Positions 17,340-26,957 of a stretch of DNA of 64,000 nucleotides are shown here, one piece after another (the stretch's first letter is position 1; every line of letters begins with the position of its first letter). This stretch comes from a virus: positions 1 through 64,000 of the IMG/VR virus record IMGVR_UViG_3300036770_003738; one strand, written 5' to 3'. The translations under genes were made by a program, and so were the position numbers. The notes beneath the pieces were generated by a model that saw nothing but the letters and a program-made list of their open reading frames with translations, was not told the DNA's origin and made no database searches.

Positions 17340-19112
17340 ATGGCAGAACAACAAGGTTGGAAAAAGTATTTCAAGGTGGCGGACACGTCTGGCCAGCTGA
17401 GTCCTATTTCGGGACGAAATCAGTTTGGGTTAGCAGGCTATCCCAAAAACGATGGCAACAATGCAGCAGTGCAAGCAGACTTTGTGTTTCGCAACTATGC
17501 AAGTCGTCTGCCAGAAGTGTATTCAGGACACCCTAATCGTATTGAGCGTTACAACCAATACGAAAACATGGATATGGACTCAGAAATCAATGCTTGCTTG
17601 GACATTATTGCTGAGTTTTCTACACAAACTAACCAGTCAAACGGCACACCGTTTGAAGTGGATTATAAAGACAAGCCCACTGATCACGAAGTGGATATTA
17701 TCCGCAAGCAGTTGCAGCAGTGGGTCAAGCTGAACAAATTAGATCAGCGTATTTTTAAACTGTTCCGTAACTGTATCAAATACGGCGATCAGATCTTTGT
17801 TCGTGACCCAGAAACATTTGAAATGATGTGGGTAGACATGAGCAAACTGGCCCGAGTGATTGTAAACGAATCAGAAGGCAAGCGTCCAGAACAGTATGTG
17901 ATTCGTGACATCAACCCTAACTTTCAAAATCTCAGTGTTGCTGCCAAAACTACAACTGACTACATGACCAACCCTGTGACAGGCAGTATCAGCGGCAATG
18001 CAAACTATACCATGCCCAATGGTGGCACAGGCGGCGGCACCACTAACAGTCGCTTTATGCAAGCCATGAACGAAGTGTGTATTGATGCCAAGCACGTGGT
18101 TCACATGAGTCTAAACGAAGGATTAGACGTGTTTTGGCCTTTTGGTCGTAGTGTGCTGGAACAGATTTTTATGGTGTTCAAGCAGAAACAACTGCTGGAA
18201 GACTCTATCTTGATCTATCGTGTGCAACGTGCTCCGGAGCGAAGAATTTTCAAGATTGACGTAGGCAACATGCCTAGTCACTTGGCCATGGCGTTTGTTG
18301 AGCGTGTGAAAAATGAAATGCATCAGCGTCGAATCCCCACTGTAACAGGTGGCGGACAAAATATGATGGATTCTAGCTACAACCCACTTAGTGTAGGCGA
18401 AGATTACTTTTTCCCACAAGGTCAAGATGGTCGCGGATCAAGTGTTGAAACACTACCTGGCGGCCAGAATCTGGGCGAAATCGACGACTTAAAGTATTTC
18501 AACAACAAAATGGCACGTGGTCTGCGTGTGCCTAGCAGTTATTTGCCCACAGGTCCGGACGATTCGGACCGTGCTACTAGCGACGGCAAAGTAGGAACAG
18601 CTTTAATTCAAGAGTATAGATTCAATCAATACTGCGAGCGACTGCAAGCCTTGATCTGCCAGAAACTAGATGACGAATTCAAGATGTTCTTGAAGTGGCG
18701 CGGATTCAACATTGACTCCAGCTTGTTCAGCTTGAAGTTTAATGCCCCGCAGAACTTTGCTAGCTATCGTCAAAGCGAACTGGACAACACACGTATTCAG
18801 GCTTTCCAGGGACTAGAGCCCTTGCCTTACATGAGCAAGAGATTCTTGCTGTCTCGCTTCTTGGGACTAACCGAAGAAGAGATCAAAGAAAACGAAGAAT
18901 TGTGGCGCGAAGAACGTGATCAACCTGAAATGCAAACACAGTCAGGTCAGGATTTACGTTCAGTTGGTATTACTCCGGGCGGCTTGGAGACTGACATTGC
19001 TGCCGGCGAAGAAATAGCTGGCATGACGCCAGCTGAACCGGGTACACCTGCACCTACTCCGGGCGCCCCGATGCCTGGAGCGCCAGCAGGCGCAGCAGCC
19101 CCAACAGTATAA
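17340..19112 (+). CDS. gp20: Portal protein
   Basis: LLEDSILIYRVQRAPERRIFKIDVGNMP, EDYFFP, LPGGQNLGEIDD.KYF..K motifs. Confidence 0.95.
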   Translation: MAEQQGWKKYFKVADTSGQLSPISGRNQFGLAGYPKNDGNNAAVQADFVFRNYASRLPEVYSGHPNRIERYNQYENMDMDSEINACLDIIAEFSTQTNQSNGTPFEVDYKDKPTDHEVDIIRKQLQQWVKLNKLDQRIFKLFRNCIKYGDQIFVRDPETFEMMWVDMSKLARVIVNESEGKRPEQYVIRDINPNFQNLSVAAKTTTDYMTNPVTGSISGNANYTMPNGGTGGGTTNSRFMQAMNEVCIDAKHVVHMSLNEGLDVFWPFGRSVLEQIFMVFKQKQLLEDSILIYRVQRAPERRIFKIDVGNMPSHLAMAFVERVKNEMHQRRIPTVTGGGQNMMDSSYNPLSVGEDYFFPQGQDGRGSSVETLPGGQNLGEIDDLKYFNNKMARGLRVPSSYLPTGPDDSDRATSDGKVGTALIQEYRFNQYCERLQALICQKLDDEFKMFLKWRGFNIDSSLFSLKFNAPQNFASYRQSELDNTRIQAFQGLEPLPYMSKRFLLSRFLGLTEEEIKENEELWREERDQPEMQTQSGQDLRSVGITPGGLETDIAAGEEIAGMTPAEPGTPAPTPGAPMPGAPAGAAAPTV

Positions 19113-19120
19113 ATACCTGT

Positions 19121-19339
19121 ATGATACTACAAGAATTTTGGTCAAAAGAACCTGAAGCATATCAGGATTTGTCGCAAGACAACAGCCAACCTCAGCTGGG
19201 TGACCTACGCAAAACTCATTTGACTTTGCGCCAGCTCAATAAGCTGAGAAAAATGAACGACATTCGAGCAGTTGAATACAAAGAAAAACTTAAGCTGGTG
19301 CGGCAGCAATACGCTCCACCTCCAGCGCCAGTGGTCTGA
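19121..19339 (+). CDS. Small head-assembly region protein
   Basis: 72-aa ORF between the portal and prohead core genes, directly after TATAAATA. Confidence 0.7.
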   Translation: MILQEFWSKEPEAYQDLSQDNSQPQLGDLRKTHLTLRQLNKLRKMNDIRAVEYKEKLKLVRQQYAPPPAPVV

Positions 19340-19432
19340 TAATTTCAATTTATCGTCATTTTGACCACTTAAACCACAGCTTTTATCTCACCTGTGTAAA
19401 TAACAGCACACTTTACCAATAGGAGTTTCCTT

Positions 19433-20251
19433 ATGAATAGATTTGAACAATTGATCGAATACGTGATCAATGATGAAGAACAAAAAGCTCGTGAGCTTTT
19501 CCATGACATCGTAGTGGCCAAAAGCCGTGAAATCTACGAAAGCATGATGGACGAATCCGCTGAAGAAGAGTTGGACGAATCCGCTGAAGAAGAGTTGGAC
19601 GAAGGCGACATGGGCGGTGACGCTCAGAACGACCTAATCGACGACGTTGAAATGGACGAAGAAAGCGAACTCAGCATGGAAGCTGAGGAAGATGCTGAAA
19701 TCGGCGATGAAGAAGTTGAAGTTAGCAGCGACGAAGAGTTTGGTGGCGATGAAGCTGGTAGCGATGAAGCTGCGACCAAAGACGACATCATGAATCTTGA
19801 AGACAAGCTAGACCAGTTGATGGCCGAGTTTGAAGACATGATGGGCGGCGGTGCAGGCGACGACATGGGCAACGGCGATGATTTTGGTGCTGACGAAGGT
19901 GGCGATGCTATCGAAGTTGACGATACAGAAGAAATGATCCCAATGGCCGAAGCTCTAAGTCTAAAAGCTGCTCCAAAACCAGTTACTAGCGAAGAAGGCG
20001 GTGTAAACAAGAAGTCTACTGTTGCTGCTAACGCAGGAGCACGTGGTGCATTGGCCAAGCCAGTTCATACCGGCGCTAGCGAAGGTGGCCATCATGACTC
20101 TGCAGCTTATCGCAACACAACAAAAGAAGTTGGCGTAACTCCAACTCAAGACGCAGGCAAAGGCGCATTTAAAACTGCTGCCCCAAAACCAGTTACTAGC
20201 CAAGCTAGCGGCGTTAACAACAAGAGCCCATTGCCAGGCGGCAGAGGTTAA
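19433..20251 (+). CDS. Acidic prohead core protein (gp67/gp68-like position)
   Basis: Very Glu/Asp-rich with multiple (L/M)-x-E protease-type sites; sits between portal and gp21; AGGAG SD. Confidence 0.7.
   Translation: MNRFEQLIEYVINDEEQKARELFHDIVVAKSREIYESMMDESAEEELDESAEEELDEGDMGGDAQNDLIDDVEMDEESELSMEAEEDAEIGDEEVEVSSDEEFGGDEAGSDEAATKDDIMNLEDKLDQLMAEFEDMMGGGAGDDMGNGDDFGADEGGDAIEVDDTEEMIPMAEALSLKAAPKPVTSEEGGVNKKSTVAANAGARGALAKPVHTGASEGGHHDSAAYRNTTKEVGVTPTQDAGKGAFKTAAPKPVTSQASGVNNKSPLPGGRG
19548..19603 (+). repeat. 24-bp in-frame tandem repeat (2.3 copies) encoding DESAEEEL
   Basis: tggacgaatccgctgaagaagagt twice, then tggacgaa. Confidence 0.9.
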
Positions 20252-20255
20252 TTAG

Positions 20256-20894
20256 ATGTCGTCAAAATACCTTAGAGAAGATCTTACATTCACCCAGGCC
20301 AATATTCAGGTACTGGAGGAAGCCGACATGAACGGCGGTAAGAATCTTTATCTCAAGGGCATTTGTATTGAAGGCGACAAGCGCAATGCAAATGAGCGCA
20401 TCTACCCACGCCACGAAATTATCAAAGCAGTTGAAACTATCAACGAACAGATCCGCAACGGCAACTCCGTATTAGGTGAAGTGGACCATCCAGATGATCT
20501 CAAGATCAACTTGGACCGCGTGTGTCACACAGTTGAGAACATGTGGATGGATGGACATGCTGGTTGTGGTAAACTGAAAATATTGCCTACTCCAATGGGC
20601 AACCTGATTAAAACTCTGTTGCAAAGCGGTGTTAAATTAGGCGTTTCAAGCCGTGGCTCTGGTAATGTAGACGACAGAACAGGACATGTAAGTGACTTCG
20701 AAATAGTCACTATAGATGTGGTTGCCCAACCCAGCGCACCCAATGCCTATCCTACAGCTATCTATGAAGGTTTGCTCAACATGAAGCATGGTCATAGAGT
20801 GTTGGAAATGGCTCGAGAGACTGGACAAAGCGACAAAGTGCAAAGATATCTGAAGGACGAAGTAAAACGTCTTATCAGAGATCTTAAAATCTAA
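20256..20894 (+). CDS. gp21: Prohead protease
   Basis: N.N.RIYP, LGEVDHP, GVSSRGSG, DVVAQPSAP motifs. Confidence 0.95.
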   Translation: MSSKYLREDLTFTQANIQVLEEADMNGGKNLYLKGICIEGDKRNANERIYPRHEIIKAVETINEQIRNGNSVLGEVDHPDDLKINLDRVCHTVENMWMDGHAGCGKLKILPTPMGNLIKTLLQSGVKLGVSSRGSGNVDDRTGHVSDFEIVTIDVVAQPSAPNAYPTAIYEGLLNMKHGHRVLEMARETGQSDKVQRYLKDEVKRLIRDLKI

Positions 20895-20906
20895 GGAGAA
20901 CCAGGC

Positions 20907-21995
20907 ATGTTTGATGCTATTAAACCATTGCTAGATAGCGGCCTGATTAACGAAGACGTTAGCCGAGAACTCAACGAAGCTTGGGATCAAAAGTTAAACG
21001 AAGCTCGTGAATCAGTTCGTGCAGAACTACGTGAGGAGTTTGCACAACGCTATGAGCATGATAAGTCAGTCATGGTCGAAGCCCTAGATAAGATGGTAAC
21101 AGATGGTCTTGCAAGTGAGATTCAAGCTGTGGCTGCTGAAAAGCGTGCCTTGGCTGAAGATCGTGTTAAGTTCCAAAGCAAAATGAAAGAGTCAGCACAG
21201 AAGTTTAACGGCTTCCTAGTGACCAAGCTTGCTGAAGAAATTAGCGAACTGCGCAAAGATCGTAAAATGCACGCCGAAGGCCTCGAAAAGCTTGAGGGTT
21301 TCGTTGTGCATGCTCTAGCTAAAGAAATTCAAGAATTTGCTCAAGACAAGCGTGAAGTAGTTGAAACTAAGGTTAAATTAGTTCGCGAAGCACGTAGCAA
21401 GCTTGAAACTCTAAAAGCACGTTTCGTAAAAGAATCTGCAGAGAAAATGAGCAGAGCTGTTAGCCAACATCTAAAGGCAGAACTTACACAATTGCACGAA
21501 GACGTCAAGATTGCTCGTGAGAACAATTTTGGTCGTCGTATCTTTGAAGCATACGCAGCTGAATTTGGTGCAACTCATCTCAATGAGAAAGCCGAAGTCA
21601 AGAAGCTGTATAGTTTGCTAGATAACAAAGATCGTCAGTTGGCAGAAGCAATTGAACTCACTGAGAAGGCAAAAGTTCTCATTGAGAACAAAGAGCGCGA
21701 AATGCGTATGATCAAGGAATCCAATGCTCGTCAAACAGCTATGGATGAATTGCTTGCACCTCTAAACAAGGAAAAAGCAGAAGTCATGCGTAATTTGCTA
21801 GAAAGCGTCCAGACTCCTCGTCTGAAAAACGCATTTGAGAAATATCTACCAGCAGTGCTGGAAGATCGTTCAGCGAAAGCTACAAAAGTGATCGCAGAAT
21901 CGGTAACCGCAGTTACTGGAGATAAAACTGTTCCAAGTAGTCCACAGGAAGAACGCAGCAATGTGATCGACCTCAAGCGCCTGGCAGGGTTATAA
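20907..21995 (+). CDS. gp22: Prohead core scaffold protein
   Basis: Coiled-coil Glu/Lys-rich protein between gp21 and gp23; GRRIFEAY motif. Confidence 0.85.
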   Translation: MFDAIKPLLDSGLINEDVSRELNEAWDQKLNEARESVRAELREEFAQRYEHDKSVMVEALDKMVTDGLASEIQAVAAEKRALAEDRVKFQSKMKESAQKFNGFLVTKLAEEISELRKDRKMHAEGLEKLEGFVVHALAKEIQEFAQDKREVVETKVKLVREARSKLETLKARFVKESAEKMSRAVSQHLKAELTQLHEDVKIARENNFGRRIFEAYAAEFGATHLNEKAEVKKLYSLLDNKDRQLAEAIELTEKAKVLIENKEREMRMIKESNARQTAMDELLAPLNKEKAEVMRNLLESVQTPRLKNAFEKYLPAVLEDRSAKATKVIAESVTAVTGDKTVPSSPQEERSNVIDLKRLAGL

Positions 21996-22015
21996 AATTT
22001 TTATAGGAGACTTAA

Positions 22016-23212
22016 ATGTCACAAGAACTATTAGAAAGCCGCTGGGGCGAGACCAAAGAAGCTCTGCTTGAAGGTCTGAATGGCACCAAGCGCAACAGCA
22101 TGGGTGTTATCCTTGAAAACACTCGTAAGTACTTGAAGGAAAACGCTTCCGCAGGTAGCACAGCAGCTGGCAACATTGCCACTCTGAACCGTGTGATTCT
22201 GCCAGTTATCCGACGTGTAATGCCAACCGTTATTGCTAACGAGTTGGTTGGTGTTCAGCCAATGACTGGACCAGTTGGTCAAATCCACACTCTGCGTGTG
22301 CGTTATGCCCAAAACTTGACAGACTCTTCTGCTGCTGCAACTAGCGTTTCAGCTGGCGAAGAAGCTTTGAGCCCATTCAAGATTGCTACTGCTTATTCTA
22401 CAGTGCCTCAGGCAACTGCTACAGCTAGCAGCTATACTGGCGGTTCTACTGCTAGCATGGAAGGTACTGGCGGTAAGCAAATTTCCGTTCAGATCTTGAA
22501 GCAAGCTGTTGAAGCTAAGACTCGTAAGTTACAAGCTCGTTGGACTTTTGAATCTGCTCAAGACGCTCAAGCTATGCACGGTATTGACGTAGAAGCTGAA
22601 ATCATGGCCGCTCTGGCACAAGAAATTACAGCTGAAATTGACCAGGAGATTCTCCTGTCCCTACGTTCTTTAGCTGCTACTGAGTTCACATACAACCAAG
22701 CTACCGTTTCTGGTACTGCTACATTCGTTGGTGACGAACACGCTGCTCTAGCTGTTCTGATCAACCGTGTTGCTAACTTGATCGCCCAACGTACTCGTCG
22801 TGGCGCTGGTAACTACGCTGTTGTTTCTTCAGCTGCTTTGACTGTTCTACAGTCTGCAACTACTTCTGCTTTTGCTCGTACCACAGAAGGTACTTTCGAA
22901 GCTCCTACAAACACCAAGTTCGTTGGTACCCTAAACGGTTCTATGCGTGTGTTTGTTGACTCTTACGCCAGCGACACAACTCCTGTGTTGGTTGGTTATA
23001 AAGGTTCTAGCGAAGCTGACGCTCCAGCATTCTACTGCCCATACATCCCATTGATGAGCAGCGGTGTTGTTCTGGATCCGTCTACTTTCGAACCAGTCGT
23101 GAGCTTCATGACTCGTTATGGTTACATCGAATTGACCAACACTGCTAGCAGCTTCGGCAACGCTGGCGACTATGTTGGTGAGATCGCTGTGTCTAACCTG
23201 TCTTTCAGCTAA
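22016..23212 (+). CDS. gp23: Major capsid protein
   Basis: GVQPMTGP.G.I, AKTRKLQARWT.E.AQD, EI..EID.E, FYCPYIPL, DP.TF.P...FMTRYG motifs. Confidence 0.96.
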   Translation: MSQELLESRWGETKEALLEGLNGTKRNSMGVILENTRKYLKENASAGSTAAGNIATLNRVILPVIRRVMPTVIANELVGVQPMTGPVGQIHTLRVRYAQNLTDSSAAATSVSAGEEALSPFKIATAYSTVPQATATASSYTGGSTASMEGTGGKQISVQILKQAVEAKTRKLQARWTFESAQDAQAMHGIDVEAEIMAALAQEITAEIDQEILLSLRSLAATEFTYNQATVSGTATFVGDEHAALAVLINRVANLIAQRTRRGAGNYAVVSSAALTVLQSATTSAFARTTEGTFEAPTNTKFVGTLNGSMRVFVDSYASDTTPVLVGYKGSSEADAPAFYCPYIPLMSSGVVLDPSTFEPVVSFMTRYGYIELTNTASSFGNAGDYVGEIAVSNLSFS

Positions 23213-23236
23213 TCAACCAGCTGGATCACAAAATCC

Positions 23237-23260
23237 AAAAGGCCCTTCGGGGCCTTTTTT
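23237..23260 (+). terminator. Rho-independent terminator after gp23 (UUCG tetraloop)
   Basis: aaaaggccc-ttcg-gggcc-tttttt. Confidence 0.92.
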
Positions 23261-23277
23261 ACTGGCTAAGTATTTTA

Positions 23278-24210
23278 ATGATAGAATTTTTAGATCCTAG
23301 TCGCTTTTATACTAACAGACAGTATCTGACACAGTGGTTTTCTGAAGATACATTGTGTATTACAGATAACGATTTTGAAAACATAGAGCACACAAAAACT
23401 CTGTTGAACAAACACGCTAACCCCAATCGCATACTTGACATCACACACAATCCGTGGGTAGATAGCAGAGTGCCATTGTCTATTACACCGGTGTTGACTA
23501 ACAACTATGAGTTCTTTTATCGGCCACAATCTGGGGTCCGTTTCTTTCCGCTATTCTTGTGGATGTACAGTTTGAGAAATTCCTTGTGGTGGAACACATT
23601 TTGCTTTGATCAATCTGCTGACAAAACACAAGGCCTCATGTGTTTGAACAACAGACCAAGACCACACAGAACTCAAGTATGGGCAGAGTTCAATCGCCGA
23701 GGTATCATTGATCAGTGTATATTCAGTTTTACTGAACCAGAGCATCATGAAAAAGATCAGTACTCATATCCTTATCCTTTGAATATTACTGGTGAACATT
23801 TTGATCCCACTAGAAACGACATAGGTGTCGGACACTCAGTTTATAGAGATTGTGCTGTGAACTTGACGACAGAAACAGCAACAGACTTGGCCTACATCAG
23901 TGAAAAAACCTGCAAGACATTTGTGGCCAGACAAATCCCTGTGTTGATTGGCAGTGCGGGAATCAACCAGTTCTTGTCTGATATAGGGCTTGACATGTTT
24001 TCTGATCTTGTGCCTTGGACCACTTGGGACAACGAAACTGATGATCGTGTTCGAGTGCTGAAGATTGTGGATTTTGTGGAGTCATGGTTGCGTTCAGGGA
24101 CCATGCTAGCAGACTATCGCCGTGTACTGCCCAGGGTGGAAGCTAACAAACGCTACTTTCACAGCGAAGCATTTAGAAATCGCATCATGACGCAGATGGA
24201 TTCAATCTAA
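23278..24210 (+). CDS. Putative glycosyltransferase-like protein (GT-B, 'ET..SEKT' GT10/exostosin-like C-terminus)
   Basis: CLNNRPRPHR and VNLTTET...ISEKT.K......P..IG....L...G.D.F motifs; paralogue of 49307..50377. Confidence 0.55.
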   Translation: MIEFLDPSRFYTNRQYLTQWFSEDTLCITDNDFENIEHTKTLLNKHANPNRILDITHNPWVDSRVPLSITPVLTNNYEFFYRPQSGVRFFPLFLWMYSLRNSLWWNTFCFDQSADKTQGLMCLNNRPRPHRTQVWAEFNRRGIIDQCIFSFTEPEHHEKDQYSYPYPLNITGEHFDPTRNDIGVGHSVYRDCAVNLTTETATDLAYISEKTCKTFVARQIPVLIGSAGINQFLSDIGLDMFSDLVPWTTWDNETDDRVRVLKIVDFVESWLRSGTMLADYRRVLPRVEANKRYFHSEAFRNRIMTQMDSI

Positions 24211-24329
24211 GTCAGATGAAAGCCCTAACATCCAGGCAGGTCAGTCCAGGAGTAGTTAGGGCCAATAATATAGTTTAACGACCTTGCTAATATAGTATCT
24301 TATATTGGATACATAGTTATTATAGCAAG

Positions 24330-25478
24330 TTATACCTTGTACCACGAGAGATATTGGGTGATTTTTTCAGTCACACTTGTCCAGTCTCCTCTAACAGGTT
24401 GTCTGAACAATCGTGCGCTCACATACCAAGGGCTAGAATCCCGACCCAACAACCAGCGCCAGTCTGTAGCATAGGCATTGAGCATGAGCCAAGCAGGACG
24501 GCCTAGCGCACCTGCGAGATGCGTAATAGCAGTGTCCACGCTGATCACCACATCTAGGTTCATCATGAGTGCAGCAGTGTCAGCAAAGCTTTGCACAGCA
24601 CCAGGATAACGACTTACACCGGCGTCAGCTAGTGCTTGTTCTTCTTCAGGCTCGGCATCTATTTGTAGGTTGATCCACTCGTATTGCGGATTCTTCCGGA
24701 TCATGTCTAGCATGGTTTTAAAAGGCACACTCTTGTGTTGATTCAACCATGAATCACGACGCCCGCTCCAGCTAAAGCCTACACGCATGCGAGTTTTTGG
24801 GCCTAGCTTTTGTTGCCATACCCGTACTTGATTAGCATCTGCGTTCAAATAGCTTTGTACCTGAGGCAAGTTTTCTACGGTAACACCTAGTATGCCCGGG
24901 ATGCTCATAATAGGAACCCAGGTATCAAACTCCCCAGGATCGTCTAAGTAAGTGCCAGTCCAGGCAATTATATCACTACGTCCTAGCAACGGTACTAGCC
25001 CGTCTGTGACTTGTAGTTTGATACGAGCACCCATCTGATGCAAGTTGTAGATGAATCTTGAAAACTGAATGTTGTCTCCATGACCTTGTTCACCTACAAC
25101 CAAGATTGTTTGGCCTTGCAAGCTTTCTCCGCGCCAACGAGGTTGCGAGTGCCGAGGTTCAGTACCAGCTAAGTGTTCGTACTCCCAACGAGTTTCGTAA
25201 GCTGGCCACCCTTGTTTGTAATCTCCTAACAACAAATGACACACAGCTAGATTGAAACGTGCAGTGATGTTTTTTGGATCTAGTACAGCAGCATGTTGCA
25301 AAAACGGAACGGCTCTGTTTGGATAGCCTAGTTCGCGCATGACATTGCCGTAGTTGTTGAATGCTGCAGCCGAATCGGGATCTTGCACAAATGCCATTGC
25401 ATAGCATTGCAGTGCCTTTTCGGGTTGTTGTGCAGCACGAAGCTGATTGCCTTGTTCGATTAGTTCGTTGGAATTCAT
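24330..25478 (-). CDS. TPR-repeat glycosyltransferase (GT9-like C-terminal domain)
   Basis: Three N-terminal TPRs, then EQGHGDNIQF and DVVISVDTAITHLAGALGRP, DWRW, SPWY...LFRQ. Start re-assigned to MNSNEL at 25478, just after TAAATA. Confidence 0.85.
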   Translation of the reverse strand: MNSNELIEQGNQLRAAQQPEKALQCYAMAFVQDPDSAAAFNNYGNVMRELGYPNRAVPFLQHAAVLDPKNITARFNLAVCHLLLGDYKQGWPAYETRWEYEHLAGTEPRHSQPRWRGESLQGQTILVVGEQGHGDNIQFSRFIYNLHQMGARIKLQVTDGLVPLLGRSDIIAWTGTYLDDPGEFDTWVPIMSIPGILGVTVENLPQVQSYLNADANQVRVWQQKLGPKTRMRVGFSWSGRRDSWLNQHKSVPFKTMLDMIRKNPQYEWINLQIDAEPEEEQALADAGVSRYPGAVQSFADTAALMMNLDVVISVDTAITHLAGALGRPAWLMLNAYATDWRWLLGRDSSPWYVSARLFRQPVRGDWTSVTEKITQYLSWYKV

Positions 25479-25526
25479 CAAGTATTTAAGGGGTGCAAAA
25501 CACAGTCTAGACATTTTTGCTAAATA

Positions 25527-25592
25527 TCTAGTCCGCAATACTGCGGCTTATGCTGAGATTAATACCCACAGCGTAGCGACTAGAACTCGCAG
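25527..25592 (+). promoter_or_regulatory. Structured 5' leader after late promoter TAAATA (25521-26)
   Basis: Hairpins ccgca/tgcgg, tatgctg/cagcgta and gcga/tcgc; alternative closing helix tctagtc/gactaga. Confidence 0.5.
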
Positions 25593-25615
25593 ACTTATTA
25601 CAAGGAAACAAACAA

Positions 25616-26320
25616 ATGGGTCGTCCTCTAAAAATCAAAAAATCTACTACCAGTGACATTGGTTTCAATCCGTTTAGCGCATTAACTAACCCGGTGTATC
25701 CATCTGATCCTACTGTGTTCGATGGTACAGAATATCTTGGCGTGGTTGGCGGTGCAAATGCCAACGTAGCGTCTGCTGCGTATCCAGTGGTCAAGTGTCG
25801 TGCTTTTATCACCGGTACAGGGGCAGAAGATGATGCTTACATCATTACACAAAAAGGTACTATTAAGTATCAAGTGGCTACAGTGACCGCAGTGGCTGAC
25901 GAAGATCTTGTAGCAGGCCAAGCTTATCGAATTTTAACAGTAGGCACAACCGACTGGGTAGCGTGTGGTGCAAGCGATTCCAACGCTGCAATCGGTGATA
26001 TCTTTACTGCAACAGCAGCAGGTTCAGGCACAGGTACTGCTCAAGCAGTCGGCACATGCATTTTGGCCAATGAAGCTGATTCTGCACTAACCGAAGGCAA
26101 CATGAACATTACTTTCAGCACTGGCGACAGTACTGCTCAGTTGATCAGCCGTCTGACCAACAAGTTTGCACTAGACTACAGCACACCGCCAGTTCGCTAT
26201 GCTGTAAACTTCTTCAGTGACGAAGGTTACGAAATCAAGAGCGGAACCACTGGTGCAACCAACGTTTCGGGACAGCAAAACCAAGTCAGCTTGGCGATTG
26301 TAGAGAACTTTACATCGTAA
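25616..26320 (+). CDS. Virion structural protein (hypothetical)
   Basis: 234 aa, Thr/Ala/Gly-rich, late promoter and AAGGA SD; contains a 'GQAYRILTVGTTDW...G..FTAT' module. Confidence 0.65.
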   Translation: MGRPLKIKKSTTSDIGFNPFSALTNPVYPSDPTVFDGTEYLGVVGGANANVASAAYPVVKCRAFITGTGAEDDAYIITQKGTIKYQVATVTAVADEDLVAGQAYRILTVGTTDWVACGASDSNAAIGDIFTATAAGSGTGTAQAVGTCILANEADSALTEGNMNITFSTGDSTAQLISRLTNKFALDYSTPPVRYAVNFFSDEGYEIKSGTTGATNVSGQQNQVSLAIVENFTS

Positions 26321-26334
26321 TATCTCAAACCCTC

Positions 26335-26369
26335 AAATCCTCTCAGCTACATACTGGGAGGATTTTTTT
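26335..26369 (+). terminator. Terminator-like hairpin that also contains the SD of the next gene
   Basis: aaatcctctcag-ctacata-ctgggaggattt followed by a T-run; GGAGG lies in the 3' arm. Confidence 0.7.
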
Positions 26370-26957
26370 ATGAGCAGAGCATTTGTATTGGGCAACGGAA
26401 TCAGCCGTCAAGGTCTGGACTTAGAACTACTAAAACAGTTAGGGCAAGTTTACGGTTGCAACGCAATCTGTAGAGAGTTTGTGCCAAATGTGTTGGTCAG
26501 CACAGACACTCCGATTAGCAAAAGCATACAAGAATCAGGGTATTCTCAGCAGCACATGATGTATACTAGAAAACCATTGCCTGCATTGGGTGCTCGCAGA
26601 ATACCACAAGAATATTATGGGTATAGTTCGGGACCTGCAGCAGTTGGGATAGCAGCAATTGACCGTAATGCTGCAATATATCTAATAGGTTTTGATATGG
26701 GCCCAACTACTACTGGTAAATTTAATAACGTCTATGCGGACTCGGAGTTTTATAAAGCTAGTTCAGCTCCTCCTACCTTTACAGGCAATTGGGCTACTCA
26801 AATAGTAAAAATTTGTCGAGATTTTCCCAAAATAAAATTCATTAGGGTCGTAGGGAAAACTACTGCAGAAATTGCTGCACTAACTAACATACCCAATTTG
26901 TATCATATGCCAATTGAAGACTTCCTAAACAGAATAAATAACACAAAGGAACTCTAA
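26370..26957 (+). CDS. Rossmann-like hypothetical protein (GNG.SR / IYLIGFD; DUF115/sialyltransferase-like fold)
   Basis: AFVLGNGISR, YGCNA, SSGP.A, IYLIGFD motifs. Confidence 0.55.
   Translation: MSRAFVLGNGISRQGLDLELLKQLGQVYGCNAICREFVPNVLVSTDTPISKSIQESGYSQQHMMYTRKPLPALGARRIPQEYYGYSSGPAAVGIAAIDRNAAIYLIGFDMGPTTTGKFNNVYADSEFYKASSAPPTFTGNWATQIVKICRDFPKIKFIRVVGKTTAEIAALTNIPNLYHMPIEDFLNRINNTKEL

Noticed and set aside
24219-24263. Pistol-ribozyme-like words (AGCCCTAA / GTTAGGGC)
   Set aside because: Their order and context give a simple hairpin, not the pistol pseudoknot, and the other conserved elements are absent
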